Positions 1-9,500 of a stretch of 32,000 bases of DNA are shown one piece after another. The DNA lies in contig OW818675.1 of NCBI GenBank assembly GCA_942493095.1, positions 3,060,001 through 3,092,000 on the forward strand. The letters run 5' to 3'. The position numbers and the translations under genes are program-made. The notes under the pieces are model-generated. The model did no database searches, was not told the origin of the DNA, and saw only the letters and a list, made by a program, of their open reading frames with translations. This DNA comes from Candidatus Electronema halotolerans (GTDB lineage: Bacteria > Desulfobacterota > Desulfobulbia > Desulfobulbales > Desulfobulbaceae). How positions within the stretch are numbered: position 1 is the stretch's first letter; each line of letters starts with the position of its first letter.

Positions 1-415
1 TGCCCTTCATCTGGCCGATGACGTAGGTCAGCGAGGCTGTGATCAAGCAGATGACCGCGACAACACGGGCTGTGCTGGAGTAGTAGCGGTCGCCGATAAA
101 GGCGGGCACGGTGAACTTGCCGTACTTGCGCAAGTACGGGGCCAGCAGCATGGCTAAGAGGCAGTAGCCGCCAGTCCAGCCCATCAGGAAGACCGAAGCG
201 TCATAGCCGCCAAAGGCGATCATGCCGGCCATGGAAATGAATGAGGCAGCTGACATCCAGTCCGCGCCAGTGGCCATGCCATTGAGGACCGGATGCACCC
301 CTTTGCCTGCCACGTAGAATTCGCCGGTGGAACCGGCCCTGGCCTTGATCGCAATCCAGATGTAGAGGGCAAAGGTCGCGCCGACCACCAGATAGGTCAT
401 TGTCTGCAAATCCAT
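1..415 (-). CDS. Sodium:solute symporter (SSS family, acetate permease/VC_2705-like), N-terminal part; runs off the left window edge
   Basis: Manual reverse-complement translation from CAT at 413-415: [74 protein letters not shown]..., typical SSS N-terminus; adjacent to a DUF4212 small subunit. Confidence 0.88.
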   Translation of the reverse strand, partial: MDLQTMTYLVVGATFALYIWIAIKARAGSTGEFYVAGKGVHPVLNGMATGADWMSAASFISMAGMIAFGGYDASVFLMGWTGGYCLLAMLLAPYLRKYGKFTVPAFIGDRYYSSTARVVAVICLITASLTYVIGQMKG

Positions 416-429
416 AGTCTGTCGCTCCT

Positions 430-687
430 TCAGTCTTCCTGAACGCCGAATTTCTTGTCAAGCTTGTTCATCCGCCAGGCATAGAAGAAGACGAGGATGA
501 CGAAGCTGTAAATGGACCCCTGCTGGGCAAACCAGAAGCCGAGCGGATAGCCGCCTAAGATGTGAATGCTGTTCAGTAGCGGGGCCAAGAGTATCCCGCA
601 GCCATAAGACACCAGAAACCAGACAGCCAGACAGCCGAGAACCAGCCGGATGTTGGCCTGCCAGTACGCTTGTGAGTCATTGCTCAT
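430..687 (-). CDS. DUF4212 protein, putative sodium:solute symporter small subunit
   Basis: 85 aa with two hydrophobic segments ([29 protein letters not shown]; [27 protein letters not shown]); directly upstream of the SSS gene. Confidence 0.88.
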   Translation of the reverse strand: MSNDSQAYWQANIRLVLGCLAVWFLVSYGCGILLAPLLNSIHILGGYPLGFWFAQQGSIYSFVILVFFYAWRMNKLDKKFGVQED

Positions 688-812
688 GCGTCTTTCTCCT
701 CTTGTGAGTTGTATGATTGAATGCGACTCTCTCCTCAGTGCCGGAGCCGGGTCCGGTGTTGCACATTACCTGCTGTTCCACCCTTCTGTCAAGCTGGAAG
801 AGAGGCGGAAGA

Positions 813-1523
813 TCACAATCTGCCGCTGCGCCCGGCCCGGTACAAGTCCTTCAGTGTGGCAATGCCGCCCTGGCGGAACTTCTTGACCAAGTAGAGAAAG
901 AGGTAGGCGGTCTGGAGCGCGTCTTCGAGCGCGTCATGAGGCTTGAACCTGGGCAGGTTGAAGCTCTCAGTCAGCGCGTCCAAGTTGCAGGGCATGGACT
1001 GATCCGTGCTGCCGTAGAAGTCCTTGCTCCCTGCCTCCTGATAGCGGCGGGCCAGGCGCATGGTGTCAATGCTCGGATTGGCAAGGCTGCCGCCAAGGGT
1101 CTTCTTAGCCGCCTTGCTGAGAAAGTGCATGTCCAGATCAACAAAGTGGCCGACTAACAGGCTCTTGCCGCAGAACTCGACAAAGGCTGGCAGGACCTCC
1201 TCAAGAGGCGGGGCTTGGGCCAGCTGCTCCGGGGTGATGCGGTGAATCAGGGTGGCGAGGTTGGGCTGAATCTTGTCCGGGCGGACATGGCTGTGAAAGC
1301 AGTGGCTCGGCGCAATCTGCAACTGTTCGATGCGCACTGCGCCAATGGCGATGAGCTGATCCTTGCGGCGATGGAGGCCGGTCAGCTCAGTGTCAAAGAC
1401 CGTGAAGCTGTACTCATCCAGCGGCCTGCCCTGGTCGAACTCGGCAAACAGCACCGCATTCTTGCGCAGGACAGGATGCAGCTCTTGCAGGCCAAAGAGT
1501 TTGCGCAGCAAGGTCAGCAGCAT
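813..1523 (-). CDS. DnaQ-like 3'-5' exonuclease (DEDDh family)
   Basis: 236 aa with FDTELTGL, HRITPEQL and HDALEDALQTAYLFLYLV motifs. Confidence 0.85.
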   Translation of the reverse strand: MLLTLLRKLFGLQELHPVLRKNAVLFAEFDQGRPLDEYSFTVFDTELTGLHRRKDQLIAIGAVRIEQLQIAPSHCFHSHVRPDKIQPNLATLIHRITPEQLAQAPPLEEVLPAFVEFCGKSLLVGHFVDLDMHFLSKAAKKTLGGSLANPSIDTMRLARRYQEAGSKDFYGSTDQSMPCNLDALTESFNLPRFKPHDALEDALQTAYLFLYLVKKFRQGGIATLKDLYRAGRSGRL

Positions 1524-1639
1524 GGCTGCTGGCTGCTGTTACGCTGTAGGGCCACGGCCTTTTCAAGCTGCAAGCGTGCCTGGAGCTTCTCATCCCAGCG
1601 TTGCGCCGTCTCCTCTTTGAACCGCTCGTCGGTCATCAT
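1514..1639 (-). CDS. Small ORF (41 aa) overlapping the exonuclease start; hypothetical
   Basis: Manual translation MMTDERFKEETAQRWDEKLQARLQLEKAVALQRNSSQQPCC*; charged/helical, overlaps the downstream start; no clear RBS seen. Confidence 0.25.
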   Translation of the reverse strand: MMTDERFKEETAQRWDEKLQARLQLEKAVALQRNSSQQPCC

Positions 1640-1651
1640 CCGGGCTGCTCA

Positions 1652-2728
1652 TCAGGCCGTGGTTATCTGGAGGATGTCCACCAGCCTGCCGCCGTAATCC
1701 GTGCGGATCATCTCCCAGAGGCCGGTGTAGTCGTTCACGGTCAGGTCGAGCGAGGTCAGGGCGGAACCGGCAAAACCGGAGAGGGTGAAATCGCCGTTGT
1801 GGGTCACAGCCAGCTCGGCCCCTGCGGCCCCGTCTTCCTGCATATCCAAAAGGCGGAAGACCAGCTCCTCCTGCTGGAGATCCTGCATCACCTCCACCCG
1901 CACCGTGCTGTCCGCAGACAGGCTGCCGCCGGTGACCACCACGTTGGGCGCAGCCGCGCTGCCGGTCAGGATTCCGTGTTCCGGCGGGTTGGGATGACTG
2001 AACTGGCTCAGGGTCAGGGGCGTGCGCAGCGGCAGACTGAAGGCCCCGGTGCGCGGGCTGCCGTGCTCGGTGTAATGGGTGGTGATGGAGACCCGGTACT
2101 CGTTGTTCCACGGGTCGTCCTGGAGCGGCACATCCGGCATGACCATCACTTCGGTGTTGCTGACCAGCCCGAAGCGACTCTGGATGGCGCTGCCGCTGCG
2201 GGTGCCGCTGATCAGGCACTGCTCGCCCTGTTTATGCGGATCAAAGAGCAGGTCGGTGCCGGTCAGACGAAGCAGGCCCTGCGGGTTGAGGACATTGTCC
2301 AGGTTCCAGACTGTGTCCTCGGCCCCGGCAATCACCGGAGCCTTTTCCGTGGGCGGCAGCCGCTCGAACTCCACCTGCTGCTGCACCCGCTCGACCGCGT
2401 CTCTGGCTGCAAAGACTTGGACCTTGACAAAGCTCTTGTCCGCAGGCAGCGGGTCGTCCACCGAATCCAGGCGCACGGCAAGGGAGAGGTGATAGGTGAA
2501 GGCGTTCTCAAGCGAGACCTGATTGCCGATGACAAGCTGATTCAGCACCTCCTCGTCCCGCGCCCGGAGAATGCTTTCCACCAAGTCCGCGCTCCAGAGC
2601 GGGTTCTTTTCCGAAAGAATCCGGGCCAAGTCTGCATAGTCAATGGTTTCCTTGGGCATGACCCGCGCCAAGTACGAGCGAGGTTTGGTCAGAGCGTTCA
2701 CATAGGGCCGCCATTCTACTTTCGACAT
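1652..2728 (-). CDS. HU/IHF-like DNA-binding domain protein with DUF4469-type Ig-like C-terminal region
   Basis: Internal Met start (MSKVEWRPYVNALTKPRSYLARVMPKETIDYADLARIL...) with GGAGG just upstream is preferred over the ORF-track start at 2995, which reads through a repeat region. Confidence 0.72.
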   Translation of the reverse strand: MSKVEWRPYVNALTKPRSYLARVMPKETIDYADLARILSEKNPLWSADLVESILRARDEEVLNQLVIGNQVSLENAFTYHLSLAVRLDSVDDPLPADKSFVKVQVFAARDAVERVQQQVEFERLPPTEKAPVIAGAEDTVWNLDNVLNPQGLLRLTGTDLLFDPHKQGEQCLISGTRSGSAIQSRFGLVSNTEVMVMPDVPLQDDPWNNEYRVSITTHYTEHGSPRTGAFSLPLRTPLTLSQFSHPNPPEHGILTGSAAAPNVVVTGGSLSADSTVRVEVMQDLQQEELVFRLLDMQEDGAAGAELAVTHNGDFTLSGFAGSALTSLDLTVNDYTGLWEMIRTDYGGRLVDILQITTA

Positions 2729-2864
2729 AGCTGATCCTCCAAACAGGGTAAGCGTTCCGCGTGATTGCGGAATAGGTGAGGCTCGCAGCGTAAGACGGCG
2801 GCAGGGATTTGTCAAGAGGGAAAGCAAGGAATTGCGCCAGAGCGTCCGGCCCTGCCCCGATGCT

Positions 2865-2940
2865 GTGATCGAATCCTGCCCGATCACGTGATCGAGCTTC
2901 CCCCGATCACGTGATCGAGTTCTGCCCGAAGCCTCGATCG
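2865..2940. repeat. Short tandem array, 22-23 bp units (GTGATCGARTYCTGCCCGATCAC), creating two perfect 14-bp palindromes CGATCACGTGATCG at 2881-2894 and 2903-2916
   Basis: Units start at 2865, 2888 and 2910; palindromes are 22 bp apart centre to centre; located between the TPR gene and the DUF4469 gene. Confidence 0.85.
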
Positions 2941-3008
2941 GGCTGACCTCGATGCTGCTATCGGGGATTGGCGGCAATAAGTAGAGGTCATTCATGAATT
3001 ACCCCTAC

Positions 3009-4997
3009 TTATTGCTTGGCACGCTCTTGGGCCAAATCATCCAGCCACTGCTGCACCTTCTTGGCACCATAGTGCTGTCCTGCTCCCATTGCCTGATACA
3101 GGCTCAGACTCTTCCGCCAAGCCGCTTCCGCCTGCGCAAGATTGCCGCGTTTTTTGTACACACTGCCCAGATTGCCGTAATCTGCTGCCATGCCTTCCTT
3201 GCGGCCCAAGGCTTTGTCAAGCTCCAGAGCTTTCCGGTACATCTCCTCCGCCTTGTCCAAGTCGCCCCGTATCTGATACACATTGCCCAGATTGCCGTAC
3301 TTCGCTGCCATACCTTCCTTGCGTCCCAAGGCTTCGTCAAGCTCCAGACCTTTCCGGTACATCTCCTCCGCCTTGTCCAAGTCGCCGCGTGTATATGCCA
3401 CATTGCCCAGATTGCCGTAATTCTGCGCCATACCTTGCTTGCTGCCCAGTGCTTGGTCAAGCTCCAGAGCTTTCCTGTGCATCTCCTCCGCCTTGTCCAA
3501 GTCGCCGCGTGTCTGATACACATTGCCCAGATTGCCGTACTTCGCTGCCATACCTTCCTTGCGTCCCAAGGCTTCGTCAAGCTCCAGACCTTTCCGGTAC
3601 ATCTCCTCCGCCTTGTCCAAGTCGCCGCGTGTCCGATACACAACGCCCAGATTGCCGTACTGGTTTGCCATACCTTCCTTGCTGCCCAAGGCTTGGTGTA
3701 GCTCCAGTGCTTTCCGGTGCATTTCCTCCGCCTTGTCCAAGTCGCCGCGTGTCCTGTACACAATGCCCAGACCGGCGTATTGGTTCGCCATGCCTTCCTT
3801 GCTGCCCAAGGCTTGGTGCAGCTCCAGACCTTTCCGGTACATCTCCTCCGCCTTGTCCAAGTCGCCGCGTGTCTGATACACAACGCCCAGATTGCCGTAA
3901 TTCTGCGCCATGCCTTCCTTGCTGCCCAAGGCTTGGTGAAGCTCCAGACCTTTCTGGTACATCTCCTCTGCCTTGTCCAAGTCGCCCCGTGTCTGATACA
4001 CATTGCCCAGATTGCCGTAATTGATTGCCATGCCTTGCTTGCTGCCCAAGGCTTTGTCAAGCTCCAGAGCTTTCCTGTGCATCTCCTCGGCCTTGTCCAA
4101 GTCGCCCCGTGTATATGCCACATTGCCCAGATTGCCGTAATCCTGCGCCAAGCCTTCCTTGCTGCCCAAGGCTTGGTGAAGCTCCAGAGCTTTCCGGTAC
4201 ATTTCCTCCGCCTTGTCCAAGTCGCCGCGTGTCCGATACACATTGCCCAGATTGCCGAGAGCCGCTGCCTGCTCCTCCTTGTCCTGATGCGCTTCAGCCA
4301 AGGCCAGCACCTTGCGCCAAGCATCTTCGGCCTGCGCAATCTCCCCTGTACGGTAAAGCAGATTGCCAAGCTGATTCCAGCCCTCCGCATTGTCCGGGTC
4401 AAGCTTTGTTGCCTTGCGGTAGGCAGCCAAAGCCTCTTTGGGGTTGTTCATATACGCCAATGCGCCCAAGTGGCGGGCGGCAGCAGCGGCCTCCTTGTTC
4501 GCCTGCTTGCCTTCCGCCTCCTTGGTGCGCAGCACCTCAGCAAAGATCGCCTGCGCCTTGGCCGTGTTGCCCTGCTCCAATTCCTGCAAGGCCGCATTGA
4601 TGCTGGCAACAGACGCGCCGGTCTTGGACAGAGCGGTGATGGCTTCAGTCAGCGCCTTGAGTTGCTCGTCCTTGGCGGAAAGCTGCTGATCCTTGGTATC
4701 TAACTGGGCAGCCAGCTTCTCAGCCAGCTTGCCCGCATCCACCGGCTGCACCTTGTCCATGTATTTGTTCCATGCTGCCAGTGCAAAGCCAAGCACTGTC
4801 ACGCTCATTCCAAGCTGGAAGCCGTGGCGGAGCAGCAGCTTGACGACTATGCCGCTGTCTTCTTGAGAGAGTTGCGTCAGCAGCCCGGACTTGATCAGCT
4901 CGCTGTGGATGCCGAAGACCAGCATCAGCACAAAGCCGACAAGCACCAGCGGTATAGCAAGGTACTTGGCAATCTTCTCAAAGCCTGTGATGTTCAT
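3009..4997 (-). CDS. Membrane-anchored TPR (kinesin-light-chain-like) repeat protein
   Basis: 662 aa; N-terminal hydrophobic helices (LAIPLVLVGFVLMLVFG; LGMSVTVLGFALAAW), coiled-coil-like segment, then nine RGDLDKAEEM..GNLGNVYQT 40-aa repeats. Confidence 0.9.
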   Translation of the reverse strand: MNITGFEKIAKYLAIPLVLVGFVLMLVFGIHSELIKSGLLTQLSQEDSGIVVKLLLRHGFQLGMSVTVLGFALAAWNKYMDKVQPVDAGKLAEKLAAQLDTKDQQLSAKDEQLKALTEAITALSKTGASVASINAALQELEQGNTAKAQAIFAEVLRTKEAEGKQANKEAAAAARHLGALAYMNNPKEALAAYRKATKLDPDNAEGWNQLGNLLYRTGEIAQAEDAWRKVLALAEAHQDKEEQAAALGNLGNVYRTRGDLDKAEEMYRKALELHQALGSKEGLAQDYGNLGNVAYTRGDLDKAEEMHRKALELDKALGSKQGMAINYGNLGNVYQTRGDLDKAEEMYQKGLELHQALGSKEGMAQNYGNLGVVYQTRGDLDKAEEMYRKGLELHQALGSKEGMANQYAGLGIVYRTRGDLDKAEEMHRKALELHQALGSKEGMANQYGNLGVVYRTRGDLDKAEEMYRKGLELDEALGRKEGMAAKYGNLGNVYQTRGDLDKAEEMHRKALELDQALGSKQGMAQNYGNLGNVAYTRGDLDKAEEMYRKGLELDEALGRKEGMAAKYGNLGNVYQIRGDLDKAEEMYRKALELDKALGRKEGMAADYGNLGSVYKKRGNLAQAEAAWRKSLSLYQAMGAGQHYGAKKVQQWLDDLAQERAKQ
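3180..4260 (-). repeat. Nine tandem 120-bp coding repeats (40-aa TPR units)
   Basis: The string 'cttgtccaagtcgcc' recurs at exactly 120-bp spacing in nine successive positions (about 3252 to 4212). Confidence 0.93.
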
Positions 4998-5049
4998 GGT
5001 CGTGCTCCTGCAGTGTTATTGCGGCTCGGAGGCCGGAGAGTGTGCAGCA

Positions 5050-6381
5050 TCACATCGTCCTGTCCACCACTGCTGCTCCGACTGCATCGCCAAACACGTT
5101 CACGGTTGTCCTGAAGCGGTCAAGGAGCCAGTCAACAGGCAGGATCAGGGCGATGAACTCCACCGGCAGATTGACCGCATTGAGGACGATCAGCATGGTC
5201 ACCAAGCCTGCTTCCGGGATGCCTGCCGCGCCGATTGCCGCCAGGGTCGCAGTGACAGCAATGACCATCTGCTGGGTCAGACTGAGGTCAAAGCCAAGGG
5301 CTTGGGCAATGAAGATTGCGGCCACTGCTTCATAGAGGGCTGTGCCATCCATGTTGACTGTCGCCCCCAAGGGCAGGACAAGGTCAGCGGATTGCTTGGA
5401 AACGCCTGCCTTGGTGATGGCGCATTCCATTGTCACTGGCAGGGTGGCGGAAGAGCTGGCTGTGGAAAAGGCGGTCAGCAGGGCCTGCGACATGTCGTAG
5501 AAATAGCGGAACGGGTTCTTCCGGGCAAAGAACCGGCAGAGCAGCGGCAGAACAATGAGCGCATGAATGCCCAGGCCGGTCAGGACGGTCAGGGAGTACA
5601 GGCCGGTCTGACGGATCACCTCGATGAACGCGCCGTCTGCCTGGGCCTTGCCAAAGCGGGCTGCGACAAGGCAGAAAATCCCCAGCGGCGCGAGCTTCAT
5701 CAGGAGAAGAACAAAGGTGATCAGGGCATCATTGACCTGCTCAATCAGGGAGCGGAGTTCCGCCGTCCTCGCGCCCATCGTGCTCAACACGCCCGCAAAG
5801 ACAAGGCTGAAGACAATCAGCGGCAGCAGCTCCATCTTGGCGGCGGAACGAATCAGATTGTCAGTGAAGAGCATCAGGACAAGATTCTTGAGGATCATGC
5901 CGACTTCTGGAGCCGCCTTGCGCTCCTCGGTCAGTTCAGGGAACACCGTGCTCAGTTCGTCCGGGGCCAGCTTGCCTGCCTCGGCCAGCGCGTCCCGGAC
6001 TTTGGCCTTGACCGAATGCTGCTCCTGCTCCGCCTGCACAGCCGCAATTGTTTCCTTGCTGACAGTGCCGACACCGGGCCGCATGACATTGACCACGACA
6101 ATGCCAATGCAGACTGCAATCATGGTGGTGCTCAGGTAATAGAGCGCCGCCGCGCCGCCGGGACGGCCCAGCTTGCGCACATCGCCCAAGCCAAGGATGC
6201 CGCTCATGACACTCATGACCACCAGCGGCACGACCATCATTTTCAGCAGCTTGAGAAATATCTCGCCGCCGAGTTGCAGCTTCACCGCCAAGTGCGGCAG
6301 AAGCAGGCCGACCAGCACGGCGGCAATGATGGCCGCGCCGATCCACAGGGTCAAATAGCTTTTTTGGGGCTGTTCAGACAT
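5050..6381 (-). CDS. Dicarboxylate/amino acid:cation (Na+ or H+) symporter, DAACS family (GltP/DctA-like)
   Basis: Start chosen at MSEQPQKSYLTLWIGAAIIAAVLVGLLLPH; contains TAFSTASSSATLPVTMECA and LPLGATVNMDGTALYEAVAAIFIAQ, diagnostic for the family. Confidence 0.92.
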   Translation of the reverse strand: MSEQPQKSYLTLWIGAAIIAAVLVGLLLPHLAVKLQLGGEIFLKLLKMMVVPLVVMSVMSGILGLGDVRKLGRPGGAAALYYLSTTMIAVCIGIVVVNVMRPGVGTVSKETIAAVQAEQEQHSVKAKVRDALAEAGKLAPDELSTVFPELTEERKAAPEVGMILKNLVLMLFTDNLIRSAAKMELLPLIVFSLVFAGVLSTMGARTAELRSLIEQVNDALITFVLLLMKLAPLGIFCLVAARFGKAQADGAFIEVIRQTGLYSLTVLTGLGIHALIVLPLLCRFFARKNPFRYFYDMSQALLTAFSTASSSATLPVTMECAITKAGVSKQSADLVLPLGATVNMDGTALYEAVAAIFIAQALGFDLSLTQQMVIAVTATLAAIGAAGIPEAGLVTMLIVLNAVNLPVEFIALILPVDWLLDRFRTTVNVFGDAVGAAVVDRTM

Positions 6382-6503
6382 TGGGTCCTCTGCTTGGGTT
6401 GCGGCAGGGACGGCTGTCCCGGCTCTGGGAAAAAAGGTCAAGGCTTGCCTGCGCATGTCTCACCACCATCACTGATGGCGGTGAGAACAAAAGGAACAGG
6501 CTG

Positions 6504-9500
6504 CTACGAAAGACTTCCGGCAGCGGCAGCTTTGCAGGCCAGCATCTGCTCGTTGAGCCGCTGGGCTTGCAGGCAGAAGGTCTCCAGCCGGGCCTCGATG
6601 AGCTGCGGGAAAGGGTTGCCGTCGGTTTCAATGGCAATAAAGGGCAGCTTGCGCTCCTTGGCAAGAATGGGCTGCCATTGGCGGGCATCGCCATTGTCCA
6701 GAGCCGCTTTCTTCTCAGTGGTGGTGAACTTCTCATTCAGCACTGCCTCGGCCACCCGCGAAGGCATGCAGCCGAACGGGCCAATGGAAATCACCCCGCA
6801 GGATGGATGGAGGATTTCGTGCAGGGCCGCGCCAACCGTGACAATGGTCTCCACGGTGAAATGGGGCGAGACAAACTTGCCGCCCGCCTCAATCACCGGC
6901 TCAATCGGGGCATCGCCGTCATAGAAGTACAGCCCGGACCGAGCCAGCCTCCTGCGGATTGCGTGATCAAAGTACTTCTTCACATAGCCCCTGATGACAA
7001 AGCCCTTGCTGCGCTCGCCCTCAATGTCGTGCTTGATCAGCCAGTCAATGAACTTGATGTACTCGCTGATCATGGCTGTGCGGACGACAAAGCCCCGGTC
7101 TGCCATGCGCTCGATCAGATTCTGCAAGGAGATCGGATCGTGGCGGACATACATCTCGCCGACCAAGGAGAGCTTTGGCAGCTCAGAGTAAGGCTTTTTC
7201 AGCTTGATCTGACTGAGGCGGGCCGCGCTGCGGGAAAGCTGCCCGGCAATCACCGGCCACCGCCTGCTGATCACGGCCCGAATCTTCTCGTATTCCTCAT
7301 GGAATATCTTTAAGCCCTCCTGCCGATTCTCGGCTCCGGCCAGCACGGTTGACCACATCTCGTCAAAGATGTCGCCGATGACAATGGCCCGCCAGGCGGC
7401 CCGCAGGAACTCGTCGCTCAGGTCGCAGTAGCCGTTCATGGAGCTGGGCGTGAACATGGCCACATCAGGGATCTGCTGCTGTTCCAGCACCCGCTTGGTG
7501 TAAACATGATACTGGCCCAGGCGGCAGGGGCCTTCCGCGCTGGCCATGTAGTAGATCAGCACTTCGTCCGGGCGGCGGAACTTGACCCGGTTGAGCAGCG
7601 AGCCGAGCGTGGTTTGCAGGGGCAGGCATTCCTTGCACGAGGCATGACCCCGGCCCAGCTTGAGCACTTCCTCATCCGCAGGGCGAAGGATTTCCGCCTT
7701 GATGCCGATTCTGGCAAAGGCCTCTGTGAGCAGCGGGGTGCAATAGCGGCTCATGGCAGGCACCAGCATCCGCACCCGCGAACTTGTCAGCGGCAGCCAG
7801 GCGCCGTCCGAAGTCCGCACCCCAGCAATGCCGCTCTGCTCCTCTACCTCGGCAGCCCGGAAAGCTTTCCTGATGCGCAGCGGCTGGCTCTTCTTCTGAA
7901 TCTCCCGGTAATAGCGGATGATGTCTAAGAAGGCTTCAATCCGGGTTTCCAGGCCCGCGTCAGCCGTGTGGCTGTCTAACTCCAAGGTCAGGGACGGCTT
8001 GCGGCCCATGATCTCCCGGAAGAAGCTGACCAAGAACGAGTCTGGCCCGCAGGAGAAGTTGGTGATGTAGGCCCCGTAGAGCTGGGGATGCTTTTCCGCG
8101 AACCGCGCTCCCTTGAGGATGATCTGGCCCATAGCCCAGTACATGTTGTCGTCCGAGGCGAGCTGCTCCTGCCAATAGGGCAGCATGTCAAAGGGGATGA
8201 TCGAGATGCCCCGGCTGGCGAATTTGGCTGGAATGCCCTTGTTGGCTGCGCTGGCAAAGCTGTTGTAGGGCCTGCCGAACAGCACCACGCCAAAGCGTTC
8301 CGGGTCGCTTTCCAGATCAGCCAGGGCCTGTCTGCCCATTTCGCGGATGTCCTTGGTGAACTCATCTTGGGCGGCAATGGCAGCCTTCAGAGCTGCATCC
8401 GCCTTGTCCGCCTCCGCGCCAAGCTGCCCGGCCACGTCGCGGAAGGCAGCATGGTCAGCAGCATACCCCTTGGAGAAGTCCAGCACCTGCGAGAGCACCT
8501 TCTTGTTGTGTTCCAAGGCTGGAAAGGCGGTGCGCAGATAGTACGGCTCGCTCTGCACCAAGACGCAGGTGCAGGAGGTCATGTCTTTTTCGCCGGAATC
8601 AACGCCCTTGAGCTGGGGCAGGAAGATGAAGTCCGGCTTTTCAGCCAGCAGAGCAGCCACGTAGTTGTGGGCGATTTCCACGGGATAGCAGAAGGCTGCG
8701 CCCTGCTGGTCCATGCCTCGCGGGTCCTGCGCTGAGGGCAGGGTCAGGCGGAAGCCGAGGGCGGCAAAAAAGGCGTTGAAAAAGGGGAACAAGGTGTTGA
8801 GCAGGAAGGAGCGGTTCATGCCCACAGTTGGCCGCCTGTCCTCTGGGCTGGCCGGAGCCAGATCGCGGAAGACCCGCCGCTCCCGTCGGATGACTAAGTC
8901 ATAGTCACCCGCCTCAACCTTGCGGTTGTGAATCAGGTTGTCGTAGCGGTTGCAGATGCCGCCAAAAGGATAGACCTTGTCCTTGATCTTGATCCGGGCG
9001 ATCTCGCAGCCACGGTCACAGTCCTTGCCCCCGCCGCAGCGGAACGGCTTTTGGTATTCCACCTCCCGGCTGATCAGCTCCTGCAAGTCGTACTGCTCGG
9101 ATTTGAGCAGGCCCTGCTCCATGCGCCGCTCCACTTCCAAGGCCACGCCAAAGGCACCCATCAGGCCAGCCTCGGACGGCACCACCACCTGCTTGCCGGT
9201 CAGTCCGGCCAAGGCCGCAGGCACGGCCTGATTGTAGCAAACCCCGCCTTGGACAAAGACCTTTTTGCCCACAGGCCGGTTGCCCTTGACCCGGTTGTTG
9301 TAGTTCATGCCAATGGAATAGACCAAGCCAGCAACAATGTCTTCCAGCGGCACGTTCTCCTGCACTGACCGCTTAATGTCTGAGCCGATAAAGGCGGCGC
9401 ACTGGTCGCTGAAGTTGGGCGGGGCTGTAGCCCGGAACGCAGTGTCGCCAATATCTGTCACCTTGATGCCCAAGCTCTCTTTGGCCGATTCTTCAAGGAA

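Noticed and set aside
2729-2995. N-terminal 89-aa extension of the DUF4469 protein in the ORF track
   Set aside because: A strong SD (GGAGG) lies just upstream of the internal ATG at 2728, and the extension consists of palindromic-repeat translation.
3180-4260. CRISPR-like periodicity or non-coding satellite
   Set aside because: The 120-bp period is an exact multiple of 3 and encodes 40-aa TPR units in an open frame.
2994-4703. Long plus-strand ORFs (2994..3701, 3089..4024, 3717..4703) with repetitive proteins
   Set aside because: They are antisense to the TPR gene; their repeats are the mirror of the 120-bp TPR array, and the minus-strand frame has a clear protein family.
4891-6924. 677-aa plus-strand ORF over the symporter gene
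   Set aside because: Composition is typical of a high-GC antisense open frame; the opposite strand encodes an unmistakable DAACS symporter.
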